A stretch of DNA of 64,000 nt, taken from a virus. Shown here piece by piece: positions 1-9,431 of this stretch. Numbering within the stretch: position 1 is the stretch's first letter; every line of letters begins with the position of its first letter. The DNA lies in the IMG/VR virus record IMGVR_UViG_3300029554_000001. One strand, given 5' to 3'. A model generated the notes under the pieces. That model did not search any database and was not told where the DNA came from. It saw nothing but the letters and a program-made list of their open reading frames with translations. A program made the position numbers and the translations under genes.

Positions 1-444
1 TCTTTTGAAATTTATGAATTGAAGAGTTTGTTGAGAGGTAAACTTATTCATCCTTCTGATTGGTTTATTAGTAGATGTCCTAAGTGTGGATGCTATTTAT
101 ATTACCCTTGTACAAGTACAAGTAAAGGTTATCCTGAATATAATAAACATGGTTTTGGTGGCGTATGTGCTAATTGTTTTGAAGAAAGATTAATTGAAAA
201 TACTAAAGCTGCTAATTTTCCTATACGCGATAAACATGAATACCAACTTGTGAACTATAAATATTATATTAAAGCTGGTACTATGAATAGAAATGAACTT
301 GAACAGTTTATGAGAGAACTTGGGAACAAAAAGTATTGCAATGGGACTTTAATGAGTATTGATAATGAATTGAATATATTAGAATTATGTGATACTATTG
401 ATAGTGATACTGTTGATAGTGTTACTGTTGATAGTGTGGAATAA
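1..444 (+). CDS. Cys-rich hypothetical protein, probably 5'-truncated by the window edge
   Basis: Frame of ORF 19..444 stays open back to nt 1; CPKCG and CANC cysteine pairs (zinc-ribbon-like); C-terminal DS[DV]TV repeats encoded by a short tandem DNA repeat near 400-440; stop TAA. Confidence 0.5.
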   Translation, partial: SFEIYELKSLLRGKLIHPSDWFISRCPKCGCYLYYPCTSTSKGYPEYNKHGFGGVCANCFEERLIENTKAANFPIRDKHEYQLVNYKYYIKAGTMNRNELEQFMRELGNKKYCNGTLMSIDNELNILELCDTIDSDTVDSVTVDSVE

Positions 445-608
445 AAAGTTTGAGTGTTGATTTTTATTTTTGATAGGAAAAATGAGGAGAAAAACATATG
501 TAGATACATTTTGGATAGGGTGTGCAGTTTTTGGACAGTTGTGTAAAGTTTTTGGTGTGGTATGAGATTAAGGCTTGAATTATATGGGAAAAATTGAGGT
601 GTCTTGAC

Positions 609-648
609 AGTCGATATATCGGTAGTCGATATATCGGTAGTCGATATA
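609..648. repeat. 15-bp direct repeat x2.7 (AGTCGATATATCGGT), each unit holding the palindrome CGATATATCG
   Basis: Read directly; lies in the 860-bp non-coding stretch 445-1304. Confidence 0.8.
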
Positions 649-800
649 GATAACAATATTCTTGTAACAGTTTGAATGAATAGTTGTAAAGTTATAAGTA
701 TGATTGTTGTTTGACTGTGATTTTAAATAGGAAAAAACATAAGTGATATCACTTTGAAATCATTGTGCGTTCATTATATATTTATTTTAGATGTAGAGTG

Positions 801-860
801 GTGTCAGTTTGATATCAGTTTGATATCATTTTGATATCATTTTGATATCATTTTGGAATC
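801..860. repeat. 11-bp-period tandem repeat x5 (GATATCA[GT]TTT), one GATATC palindrome per helical turn
   Basis: GATATC starts at 811, 822, 833, 844 with degenerate flanking copies; non-coding context. Confidence 0.8.
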
Positions 861-1069
861 AGCCCTGACGTACCGAAGGCCAATTTTGGCCATTTTTCCC
901 ATTCTGGTGCTCTTTTAGGTAAGGAGAGGTAGCCACAAGCACAATCTTTTTTCAAAAAAATTTACAAAAAATTCATAATTTATTCATAATCCAAACAAAC
1001 CACCCCTAAATGTTCAAAAATTCACATTTTTACTTTAATGCCCAAAAAGTAACAATATGTAATAACTTC

Positions 1070-1098
1070 TTGACAACCTTCCTCTCTTATGCTATAAT
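1070..1098 (+). promoter_or_regulatory. sigma70/sigmaA-type promoter TTGACA-17-TATAAT
   Basis: TTGACA 1070-1075, 17-bp spacer, TATAAT 1093-1098; about 200 bp upstream of the rightward gene 1305..2357. Confidence 0.7.
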
Positions 1099-1124
1099 AC
1101 TCTCATGGTTGTATAAAGCTTCGT

Positions 1125-1159
1125 TAATGCTAACGCATTATTGTAATGCTAATGCATTA
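1125..1159. promoter_or_regulatory. two operator-like 16-bp palindromes TAATGCTAA[CT]GCATTA, 19 bp apart
   Basis: 1125-1140 and 1144-1159, just downstream of the 1070-1098 promoter; each is an inverted repeat TAATGC/GCATTA. Confidence 0.5.
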
Positions 1160-1304
1160 TTGCCAACGACCTAAGCGTTAAGGACATACAAACTTTTATT
1201 TAATTTTTATTTAACCCTTTTATCTGTAAAAGCAAGTATGTCAAATAAACTTAAGGAAGGAACCTTTGTCTTAACTAAAGTTAAAACAAAGAAGGTAACA
1301 AGAA

Positions 1305-2357
1305 ATGGAAAACAAGAAATATACAATTAAATATAGCAAGTCTAATCGACTTGAATACGCCAAGTCTAATCGACTTGAATATAGTCATAATAACACAAAC
1401 ACAAACACACCCACCCATGAAGCACAGCTCACAAATACACATCCTCTAATTAAGACAAGTGTTCGTAAAGCGATTGCAACTTGTCTCACATTCAGTTTAG
1501 TGGTAAGTGTAGTAGGATATGCTCAAGCCTTAAATAAAACAGGTGAAGATAACTTTTCTAAAGATAATCCTTCAACCCTGAGTGAAACTGAAATCTCATC
1601 TCCTCATTCATCGCGCGAGCGATGCTCGCATTATATTGCCATTAAAAACTTTCAAACACAAAAAGAAAATTATTGGAACACAAACAACATTGGAAATATT
1701 AGTCCTGATAGAATTTTTTATGTGGACATGAGTAAAATGGTTGAGAATAATGCTAAAAATAACGATGAGTCTGTTTATATTTTTTCAGACATGAGCGTAC
1801 AGTATTCCGAAGGTCAAACTTCTGGAAGTCAAAATTCCAAATCTGAACAGACAGAACCTAAAACCTCAACTTATCGCTACGCATATTTAATTCATCTGAC
1901 TGATTCTGAACGTCATGTAGTAGAAAGTATTGTAGCTGGCGAGAGTGGAAATCAGCCTTTTGTAGGAAAGAAACTCGTAGCACAGGCTGTTTATAATGGC
2001 ATGTTGAGAGACAATATGTCCCCCTCACAAGTAAGAAAACAATACTCCTATGATGGATATAAGGACATTGATGAATTTGAAAAAGAATGTCTTAAAGCCT
2101 ATGGCAACACAAATGCTGCTGATGAATGTAGACAAGCAGTAAAAGAGATATTTAATAATTATAGTATGCCTACAGATGATTTTGTATTATTCTTCTACGC
2201 TCCTGCACATAGTAAAGGTACATGGCATGAAAATGCTAAAACTTTAAAGCCCATTACTTATGTAAATGAAGATGGAAGCACTACTAATTATATTGGTGGT
2301 CATAAATTCTTTGCTTTGAAAGATGAACCTGTAATCAATTATACCAGAGAAGGTTAA
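1305..2357 (+). CDS. membrane-anchored SleB/CwlJ-like cell-wall hydrolase (tentative)
   Basis: ORF track; hydrophobic segment AIATCLTFSLVVSVVGY; C-terminal LTDSERHVVESIVAGESGNQPFVGKKLVAQAVYNGM resembles the conserved core of Hydrolase_2-type cortex-lytic enzymes; N-terminal KSNRLEY duplicated by a 24-nt tandem repeat. Confidence 0.55.
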   Translation: MENKKYTIKYSKSNRLEYAKSNRLEYSHNNTNTNTPTHEAQLTNTHPLIKTSVRKAIATCLTFSLVVSVVGYAQALNKTGEDNFSKDNPSTLSETEISSPHSSRERCSHYIAIKNFQTQKENYWNTNNIGNISPDRIFYVDMSKMVENNAKNNDESVYIFSDMSVQYSEGQTSGSQNSKSEQTEPKTSTYRYAYLIHLTDSERHVVESIVAGESGNQPFVGKKLVAQAVYNGMLRDNMSPSQVRKQYSYDGYKDIDEFEKECLKAYGNTNAADECRQAVKEIFNNYSMPTDDFVLFFYAPAHSKGTWHENAKTLKPITYVNEDGSTTNYIGGHKFFALKDEPVINYTREG

Positions 2358-2815
2358 CAAAGTTAAGGATTTATAATAATATAATTTATTTGTAAGCAAG
2401 CTTAGGACTTGAGTACGGTCTGAATATAGTTTGGATATATTTTGGATATATTTTAATTCTAAAATATGGTGAACTTAATTTAGACTGAAAAGTAATTATA
2501 ATTATAATTAAATTAAAAGAAAAGCAAAAAGAAATAGAAAAAAATAAAAATAAAAAGAAAATAAATAATTTAATTATAATACATTACAAATACAAAAGTA
2601 CAAAGCTACTAAAAATTAGTAGTATACTTTTACCTAAATGATGATGCAACAAAAAACAGAACGAAATTTATAAGTAATTAATATATAATTAATCCATAAT
2701 TTTGTTTAGTTGTATATCTATTGCTCAAATCTTTTTTTAAAGATTTGTATTTGCTCAAGTATGCTTTATACAACCGAAAAATGTCTGTAGTAAATCAAGA
2801 AAAGTTATTAAACCC

Positions 2816-2844
2816 TTGACAAGCTACAGGCATTTTGTTATAAT
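2816..2844 (+). promoter_or_regulatory. sigma70/sigmaA-type promoter TTGACA-17-TATAAT
   Basis: TTGACA 2816-2821 (the ORF-track TTG start is this -35 box), TATAAT 2839-2844 with upstream TGT. Confidence 0.7.
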
Positions 2845-2878
2845 AACTAATATAAAGAATGTGAAGAGAGGTATGTAT

Positions 2879-3349
2879 ATGCCAAGAGGTAGACCGAGGA
2901 AAAATCAACGACAACAGGAGTTGCCGAAAAATCCTCTGCCTGTCATTAAAGATTCTAAAACTGAACAAGTTGAAACTAAAACAACTAATCCTATGACAGA
3001 AATAAATACTTCCCCCTTGCCAACAAAAGAAATTTTCTCTTCTTCAAAAAAGAAAAAAGAGGATGACACACCTCGATGTGTATGTTGCAAAGAACCTGTT
3101 TATTCAGGGCGTAGATTAAATCTATCTTTACTTACAACACTTGCATCTTATCATTTTGCTATAGAGGAAATGCAGCCTTATATTTGTAGTAGGTGTGCTT
3201 CTGATTTAGGTGAGGTTATTAATAAATGGCTCATTAATCATGGAGCAGAAGTTAAGCCATACTATAAGCCAGAATACATGGCTAAGAGATATTATGAGAA
3301 TTTAAATAATCCAAACAAAAATTTAAAGGAGGATAATTCAAATGGCTGA
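2879..3349 (+). CDS. AT-hook (PRGRPRK) plus Cys-cluster DNA-binding protein
   Basis: ATG 2879 sits 7 nt after GAGAGG and downstream of the promoter; N-terminal RGRP AT-hook; CVCC...CSRC cysteine pairs. Confidence 0.55.
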   Translation: MPRGRPRKNQRQQELPKNPLPVIKDSKTEQVETKTTNPMTEINTSPLPTKEIFSSSKKKKEDDTPRCVCCKEPVYSGRRLNLSLLTTLASYHFAIEEMQPYICSRCASDLGEVINKWLINHGAEVKPYYKPEYMAKRYYENLNNPNKNLKEDNSNG

Positions 3350-3641
3350 GACCAGTATTGATTTCATTCATGGAGAAGATGTTGCAGTATGGAGTTCTGA
3401 TTATTTTACTGTAATTAGAACTATGGAGGAATATCTCAAGAATTATCCTGACGAAGTAAGCATTGTATCTGACTACAGTGACAGTGATGGACAGAACAGA
3501 TGTTTGACTATTAAGATTCCTGCTAAGTGGATGAGAAATCCCAAGCCTCCCAAGAGTCGCAATTTGACTGAGGAACAGAGAGCAGCCATGAAGGAACGTG
3601 GCAAGAGAATTGCTGCTTCAAGATGGGGAAATAAGGAATAA
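3342..3641 (+). CDS. hypothetical protein
   Basis: ORF track; AAGGAGG 8 nt upstream of the ATG; overlaps the previous stop by 8 nt. Confidence 0.65.
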   Translation: MAETSIDFIHGEDVAVWSSDYFTVIRTMEEYLKNYPDEVSIVSDYSDSDGQNRCLTIKIPAKWMRNPKPPKSRNLTEEQRAAMKERGKRIAASRWGNKE

Positions 3642-3666
3642 AGATTTAAAAGAAAATAAAAATTTG

Positions 3667-3704
3667 AAAGACCTAACTTTTATAAGTTGGGTCTTTTTTA
3701 TTTT
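3667..3704 (+). terminator. intrinsic terminator
   Basis: Stem AAGACCTAACTT / AAGTTGGGTCTT followed by TTTTTATTTT, directly after the 3342..3641 stop. Confidence 0.75.
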
Positions 3705-3929
3705 GAGGGTAGTTTGGCGAAATATTTGGAGTACTTATAAATAAATTATCTATATTTAAGTTTCAATTTTGTAAAGTAGGTGTGAAGTAGTATAATTTGA
3801 TGGGTAGGAAAGGAAATTGATTCTAAGATGAAATTTATAAAGAATTGATTATAATGAAATGGTGAGAATGAAATGGCGGGATATTTGCTGAATATTTCTT
3901 GGGGAGAGTTATGGGTAGCGAAGCGGGAA

Positions 3930-4215
3930 AAAGAATCGCCCCTTGTGGATTAAAAAGACTCCCCCGTTGCACTTTAAAAAGGGTGGGTGGGTTGGGAGAT
4001 AAAGTAAGAAAGAAACATAGTGGGACCTTCGCATCCGACGAACCTAAAAAAGTTTTGCCCTTTGATGAGGGTTTATTGAAAGGAAGGCGTTTTTCCTTTC
4101 GATTACCGATTTTTAATTTTCTGGGGTGGTGGTGGGGGAAACTAAAAAATCTCCCCCTTGGAAATTAGAAAAAATCTCCCATTGAACAAGGAAAAAATTC
4201 CCCATTAAAAGGGAA
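3930..4215. other. non-coding G/C-tract island with G-quadruplex motifs and A-tract/C-tract repeats
   Basis: GGGTGGGTGGGTTGGG at 3981-3996; GGGGTGGTGGTGGGGG at 4123-4138; five copies of AAAAA(A)-N2-3-TC(3-5) near 3935, 3952, 4143, 4170, 4192; composition unlike the rest of the window. Confidence 0.5.
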
Positions 4216-4308
4216 ACAGATTCTCACTGAGTAAGAATCTTAACTTATAGCCACTGAGTAACTATAAGTGCTAAGAAGTCTAACCCACCCTCCCTACCAA
4301 GACTTCAC

Positions 4309-4758
4309 TTAACAGACACGGATTGAACCAATGTCTTCATAACGAACGATTTTATATTCTTCTCGATTATTATCACGAAGATGAATTTCCTGAAGTCGTT
4401 CATTCCAAGTTACATAATCGCAACACATATCGGTGCCATCTTTAAGATAAATCTGAGTCACAGGATGTTCCCTCCTTATTTTCTTCCAAAAATATTTTTG
4501 TTGTTCACAGAAATGTTTATATTCATATTTTTCATCCATTCGACGGTATTCTTCATAATACTTTTTAGCCATAGCTAAAGAATCAATAGATTTACCATCT
4601 TTGAATTTTCTGGAATACAACATTGAGTCTGTATCCATTTTAGCAATTCCAATGAATGTGAGAATTGTAATAGGAATTACAATAAACCAAAACAAAGGAA
4701 CTCCTGCAAACAATCGAATCAAGATGGCAATGGGAAGACCAATTGCAAAATAAGGCAA
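4309..4758 (-). CDS. membrane protein (two N-terminal TM helices)
   Basis: ORF track; TTG start 9 nt after AAAGG; hydrophobic N-terminus FAIGLPIAILIRLFAGVPLFWFIVIPITILTFIGI. Confidence 0.6.
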   Translation of the reverse strand: MPYFAIGLPIAILIRLFAGVPLFWFIVIPITILTFIGIAKMDTDSMLYSRKFKDGKSIDSLAMAKKYYEEYRRMDEKYEYKHFCEQQKYFWKKIRREHPVTQIYLKDGTDMCCDYVTWNERLQEIHLRDNNREEYKIVRYEDIGSIRVC

Positions 4759-4798
4759 AGTATCACAACCTTTCTTTAATTTTGATTACACTTAGGCT

Positions 4799-5113
4799 TC
4801 AGCAGTAATTTTTCCCCCCTCTCTTTTCTTTAACTACCTGAGCATAATCCATTTCATAACACCAAATAGAGCCATTATCATACAAAGGCTTGACAATGAC
4901 ACTATCAGGATTCTGCAACCTATCTCTGACATAATTTACTTCTTTCATAGAGAAGAAGTAACGACTGGTTTCATCCTTACGCTTACGCATACAAAGTTTA
5001 TTAAAATGACAGATGCACTCTGTAAAGTAAGAGTCAAGCATTTCAGACATAACTTCAGCAAAAATAACAGCAGAAGAGATAGGAGCAAGGTTATTGTTAA
5101 GATTCTTTTTCAT
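4799..5113 (-). CDS. hypothetical protein
   Basis: ORF track; AAAGGA SD upstream of the ATG. Confidence 0.65.
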   Translation of the reverse strand: MKKNLNNNLAPISSAVIFAEVMSEMLDSYFTECICHFNKLCMRKRKDETSRYFFSMKEVNYVRDRLQNPDSVIVKPLYDNGSIWCYEMDYAQVVKEKRGGKNYC

Positions 5114-5170
5114 GATAATAAATCCTTTCTAAAATAAATAGTTTAATTGTTAAGGTTAATTTGTAAGAAA

Positions 5171-5188
5171 GGGGAGATTTCTCTCCCC
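5171..5188 (-). terminator. hairpin GGGGAGA-tttc-TCTCCCC, T-rich on the leftward strand
   Basis: 7-bp GC-rich stem; on the minus strand it is followed by TTTCTT. Confidence 0.45.
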
Positions 5189-5322
5189 AATCTTATTTAG
5201 CTCTACCAATGAGCCACAAGATTGCGATTGCAATTTCGAAGCAAAGCAAGCAACCTTCGATGGTTATACGCCTCGCCTCCTTTCATTAGATTTCAAGGAA
5301 TCTACATATACATCACCTCCTT

Positions 5323-5904
5323 TCAGTCATCATCCTCATAATCTAATGCCTCTAATTCTTCATCAGACAACTTCCAATTATCAGGAAAATTATCCCAAAA
5401 GGTATAATTCCTATATTTGTCAAGAAGCCCGATTTTCTGAAGCTCTTTAGCTTCTACATCCGTATTACGTTCATAATACGTATACATGAGATATTTAGTT
5501 TGAGATTGGGTTTTACAGTACTCAGCATAATACTTTTCTTTAAGTTCTTTGTTATACCTCCAACTCCACATTTTTTGGTCATGTTCTCTTTTAGTTTCGT
5601 TAATAATGTTCTCTGTTAAGACATCACTATAACGATACTTATGAAGAGAATCCCAAAGAATCCTTTGCTGAGGAGTTAAATCATCTTCAAGATGACCTCG
5701 TTTAACTCTTTGTTTTCGTTCGAACTCTGCTTGACATTTTTGTTCTTCTTCTTTGCTTTCGTGGATTGCTCCACCAATTGCAAGGATGATGGGGATTGCC
5801 AGTAGAAAAACGACAGTAGTTGACAAAGCATTTCCGAACAAACCTTGGTTAAAGATTGCTGTTCCGAGTAAGCCCACGAAAAATGCGAATAAAGCATACA
5901 GCAT
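5323..5904 (-). CDS. membrane protein (two N-terminal TM helices, charged C-terminus)
   Basis: ORF track; AAAGGAGGTGG SD; N-terminus LFAFFVGLLGTAIF and VVFLLAIPIILAIGGAI. Confidence 0.7.
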   Translation of the reverse strand: MLYALFAFFVGLLGTAIFNQGLFGNALSTTVVFLLAIPIILAIGGAIHESKEEEQKCQAEFERKQRVKRGHLEDDLTPQQRILWDSLHKYRYSDVLTENIINETKREHDQKMWSWRYNKELKEKYYAEYCKTQSQTKYLMYTYYERNTDVEAKELQKIGLLDKYRNYTFWDNFPDNWKLSDEELEALDYEDDD

Positions 5905-5931
5905 TACACCACCTCCTTTCTTATTATAACA

Positions 5932-6633
5932 TTAATGCTGCTGAAACACAACAGTTTTTACTTTCTTATTCCAACATTTTTGGCAAACCGTGCATGTGAC
6001 AGTTTTATCATGCTGGTTAGGACAAGTCGTATAATTCTTGGGAAAATCAGGGTTCTTAGACTTGTCCTTAAAATCAACATAAGCCACAGGAAGATTATAC
6101 GGATTAGGAACAATCCAATCCTTATCCCATGCAGAGAAGATAATGTTTAAGTTTTTAGGAAGCTTTTCATTTTCAGAAAGCCACTCATTCACAATGAAAT
6201 ACTTCTTCGTAAATGCCATGAACTTAATTTTAGGATTCTTCAAAGCGATGTTAACCATTCCATCGAAGAAATCATAATCAGGAATATCACCAGCGTCGAA
6301 AAATCTACAAAGACCAAGACCAGAATGTTTGAGCTTAAAGTCAACCTGATTCCAGAAATCCTCGTGGTCATTATTGTAAATACGAAGGTTACGCAGATAC
6401 GAAGCCTGAACGACTGTTAAAGTCTGGGTTCCTTTCATGCAATAGCAACCATCTTTTTTACAAGGGGCATCTTCACGACAACAACAAGTCGGTACTGCCA
6501 AATCAATGACTCCCATACCAGTTTTGGAATTTTTGCTGGTCATATGAATCTCATTCGTTCTCATAGAAAGATGCTGAATGTATTCCTCACGAGACAGGGT
6601 GAATTCCTTCTTGTTGTTAACAGACTTAGCCAT
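5932..6633 (-). CDS. Cys-rich protein (possible metal/Fe-S binding; GP88-like is a weak guess)
   Basis: ORF track; AAAGGAAG SD; clusters PTCCCREDAPCKKDGCYC and CPNQHDKTVTCTVCQKC. Confidence 0.6.
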   Translation of the reverse strand: MAKSVNNKKEFTLSREEYIQHLSMRTNEIHMTSKNSKTGMGVIDLAVPTCCCREDAPCKKDGCYCMKGTQTLTVVQASYLRNLRIYNNDHEDFWNQVDFKLKHSGLGLCRFFDAGDIPDYDFFDGMVNIALKNPKIKFMAFTKKYFIVNEWLSENEKLPKNLNIIFSAWDKDWIVPNPYNLPVAYVDFKDKSKNPDFPKNYTTCPNQHDKTVTCTVCQKCWNKKVKTVVFQQH

Positions 6634-6692
6634 AATTAAAACTTCCTTTCAAAAATAAATTTGTTAGTTAATGGGTGTTTAGGGACTATATA

Positions 6693-7223
6693 TTAACAGT
6701 ACTCATGGGCAGTTTTGTTTTCATCCATAGCACTGATTGCCTTAGTGGAAAGGCAGTAAAGGTCTTCACTTGTAAAAGAATGAAGCTGGTTTTGGGCTTT
6801 GTGTTTGGCATCATCAAAGCTTTTTGCTTCAACGACAACTTCGAGAGTGCCTTTAACTTCAAGATTAACTTCATACTTTTGAAGTTTAGAAGATAATTTA
6901 AGCTCTGTTGCATAATACTCTTTAAGAGTACTTATAGCTAAAATGAAACTAGACCTAAAAGCAAGACCAGACCAAAGAGTAATGTTGCTCTTAAGGTCAA
7001 CAATCCAATAAACAGGAGGACGTTCAAGTTCTTCTTTCATTTCCGACTGTTCCTTAAGATACTTCATAAAATCTCGAAGGTATTCATACATATAGGCTTC
7101 TTTAATATATTTGCCATCATAATGAGAAGTAGGCAAAGAAATGTTATCATAATATTCAGGGTCTCCAAAAGCAATCATGACAACAGGCTTATTGATATGG
7201 TCTCCGCAGAAATAAGTTAACAT
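6693..7223 (-). CDS. hypothetical protein
   Basis: ORF track frame; ATG 7223 follows AAAGGAG and overlaps the upstream stop (TAATG). Confidence 0.65.
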   Translation of the reverse strand: MLTYFCGDHINKPVVMIAFGDPEYYDNISLPTSHYDGKYIKEAYMYEYLRDFMKYLKEQSEMKEELERPPVYWIVDLKSNITLWSGLAFRSSFILAISTLKEYYATELKLSSKLQKYEVNLEVKGTLEVVVEAKSFDDAKHKAQNQLHSFTSEDLYCLSTKAISAMDENKTAHEYC

Positions 7224-7549
7224 TACGCACACTCCTTTTCAATTTCTTTGATATGAGACAGCATGGAATTTACGATAGGAACAAAACTATGCGTATAAGA
7301 AAGCGCATAATGGTTTTTCCAATCACGACTATCCCAAATCCATTTGATAGAAAGCTTTTTAGTTTCAGGATTATAGATAGTCATAATTCCAAGACATCTC
7401 TCGGGACTTTCATCAAGAACGTCAACTTTGGAAGGGTAGAATTCGATATAATATCTATGTTCTACATTTGCCCAAGGGGTAAAGATTTTAAATTTGCCAT
7501 ACTCATTTTCGAGGTTGGTACGAACAGAACGAAGATTTAAGGTTGACAT
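7223..7549 (-). CDS. hypothetical protein
   Basis: ORF track frame; ATG 7549 is 8 nt after AAAGGAG. Confidence 0.65.
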   Translation of the reverse strand: MSTLNLRSVRTNLENEYGKFKIFTPWANVEHRYYIEFYPSKVDVLDESPERCLGIMTIYNPETKKLSIKWIWDSRDWKNHYALSYTHSFVPIVNSMLSHIKEIEKECA

Positions 7550-7582
7550 AATTATACTCCTTTCAATTTTAAACGGTATCAT

Positions 7583-8143
7583 TTAAATGATATAAGATTT
7601 ATACTTTTCATTTGTAAGCACTTTCTTTTTAATTACATCCTTATAATTCATGATATAAGATTCAATTGGTTTATTCCACTGCCAACAATCCTTACGAGTT
7701 TCCTGACCGATGCAAGATTTTGTTCCCTCGTAAACAGTGATAAAGAAGGGTCTATACTGATTACGAAGCATTTGAGAGATTCGTTTCACTTCTGTCCAAT
7801 CACAGATTACATTAAGGACATTAGAACAGATAAACACATCTGCACTAGGAAAACCATAACCCTCATCGGGATAATTCCTATACCCATCAGGATACCAATA
7901 CGGGTCATAGCCAATGTATTTGATGTTCTTACACTTAAGGAAGTCTCCAATAACTTCGGGATAACGACCGCACCCCCAATCATAAATAATTAAAGGAGCA
8001 AAGTTTGATTCTGAATGACTAAAAGCGTTTTTACACCAAATTTTGTCATATTTCAACTGACTCCAATCAATATGATTGTAGATACGGGGAAGCTTAGAAC
8101 TATTAACGGATGTGAACTTAGAAGTGATAGGCTGGTTTTTCAT
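7583..8143 (-). CDS. class I SAM-dependent methyltransferase (tentative)
   Basis: Motif I-like IIYDWGCGRY and later FICSNVLNVI; ATG 8143 follows AAAGGAG. Confidence 0.55.
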   Translation of the reverse strand: MKNQPITSKFTSVNSSKLPRIYNHIDWSQLKYDKIWCKNAFSHSESNFAPLIIYDWGCGRYPEVIGDFLKCKNIKYIGYDPYWYPDGYRNYPDEGYGFPSADVFICSNVLNVICDWTEVKRISQMLRNQYRPFFITVYEGTKSCIGQETRKDCWQWNKPIESYIMNYKDVIKKKVLTNEKYKSYII

Positions 8144-8175
8144 AGTTTGTACTCCTTTCAAATTTAAAAAGTTTT

Positions 8176-8820
8176 TTACTGTTTAAAGGTAAGCAGAAGA
8201 ACTTCGTAGCAATCTACTTGACTGGCTTCATAAAGTTCATCAATATAAATTCCTGCATCCATGATAGCTTTGCAAGCCTTTAATTCTCCCTTCGATAAAC
8301 AATCCTTATTAAAAAGAGTGTTTTCAGTGGGCATAGAAGCAATATAACACAGAGCCAGTTTTGGAAAGAATTCATATTTATGAACCTTAAAGCCAACCTT
8401 ACCTTCTTTTACTAAAGAATTAAAGGTGTCAGCGTCCATACAAACTGCTGCTCTCATATTTTCACAACTATTATCTTCAATACAAATATCCTCCCATGAA
8501 TTAATAGAATCTCCATTCTCATCGTAGTAGAAGGTTACTTCTAAAACGCAAGTAATGTCAAAGGGTTGAGGAAGACAAGCATTTTGAATTTGCGCTTGTC
8601 CATTGCAGCGTTCAATACAATATTCAATAGCACTATCATTGTCTTCTTCATCAATTCCTTCATCTTCTTTAATTAATTCTTTATCGTAGAAAAAGATTTC
8701 TTTCCCTTTTGCACAAAGCCAAGGATGAACAATAGGGGTAGATTTCTCTATCCCATATTCTCCATTGATAATAGGCTCAATAGCAGATTTGACGCAACCA
8801 TGGTATAAAGTGTAAGACAT
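8176..8820 (-). CDS. hypothetical protein
   Basis: ORF track; AAAGGAG SD. Confidence 0.65.
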   Translation of the reverse strand: MSYTLYHGCVKSAIEPIINGEYGIEKSTPIVHPWLCAKGKEIFFYDKELIKEDEGIDEEDNDSAIEYCIERCNGQAQIQNACLPQPFDITCVLEVTFYYDENGDSINSWEDICIEDNSCENMRAAVCMDADTFNSLVKEGKVGFKVHKYEFFPKLALCYIASMPTENTLFNKDCLSKGELKACKAIMDAGIYIDELYEASQVDCYEVLLLTFKQ

Positions 8821-8855
8821 AATTCATAACTCCTTTCAAATGTATGTTAATTTAA

Positions 8856-9131
8856 TTAACAATCAATGGTTACAGTTTCTTCAACGACAAGAAAATCGCC
8901 AACAAGTTCGCAAGCATAAACAGTGAACTCACTACCAGCGACACATTCGATAGGAATTTTATTGCTGTAGTAGCCAAGACGCTCAAGGATTTCATCTCCT
9001 TTACCCTCATCAAGCATAGCGCTGAGTTCAAGATATTCTTCTTCACTTTCAACCGCATAGATATGAAGTTGAGTTTTGGAGCCAGAATCACCACTGAGCC
9101 AATTGTATAGAGTAGAAGAATTGTATTTCAT
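8856..9131 (-). CDS. hypothetical acidic protein
   Basis: ORF track; AAAGGAG SD. Confidence 0.65.
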   Translation of the reverse strand: MKYNSSTLYNWLSGDSGSKTQLHIYAVESEEEYLELSAMLDEGKGDEILERLGYYSNKIPIECVAGSEFTVYACELVGDFLVVEETVTIDC

Positions 9132-9167
9132 AGTTAAACTCCTTTCAAATTAAAACGAATTGTTTTG

Positions 9168-9431
9168 TTACCAGTTGTAGTTATCGAAATGAAGGGTATT
9201 AGCCACATAGTTTTTTGCGGCCTTGAGCGAAGAGAATGCTTTGATAAAGGTGTAAACAACTACACCATCAATAACACTCCTTTTACTCAATTCCCAACCC
9301 TTACGAGAGAAAACAGGACGAGAAATATAATATTTCTCATCTCTAGACATATAAAAGTTTTCTCCTTTTGTGCCAGTTACAGGCTTCCAACGAACGATGT
9401 TGTGAGAATCAGTAAGAATGATATTAGACAT
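9168..9431 (-). CDS. hypothetical protein
   Basis: ORF track; AAGGAAG SD. Confidence 0.65.
   Translation of the reverse strand: MSNIILTDSHNIVRWKPVTGTKGENFYMSRDEKYYISRPVFSRKGWELSKRSVIDGVVVYTFIKAFSSLKAAKNYVANTLHFDNYNW

Noticed and set aside
609-860. Possible CRISPR array
   Set aside because: The repeats are 11-15 bp and directly abutting, with no spacers. No cas genes are present. They are iteron-like tandem repeats.
3899-4168. 89-aa ORF in the G/C-tract spacer
   Set aside because: No SD, a TTG start, Gly/Lys/Arg-rich low complexity caused by the G-runs and A-tracts, and it runs opposite to the logic of both neighbouring blocks.
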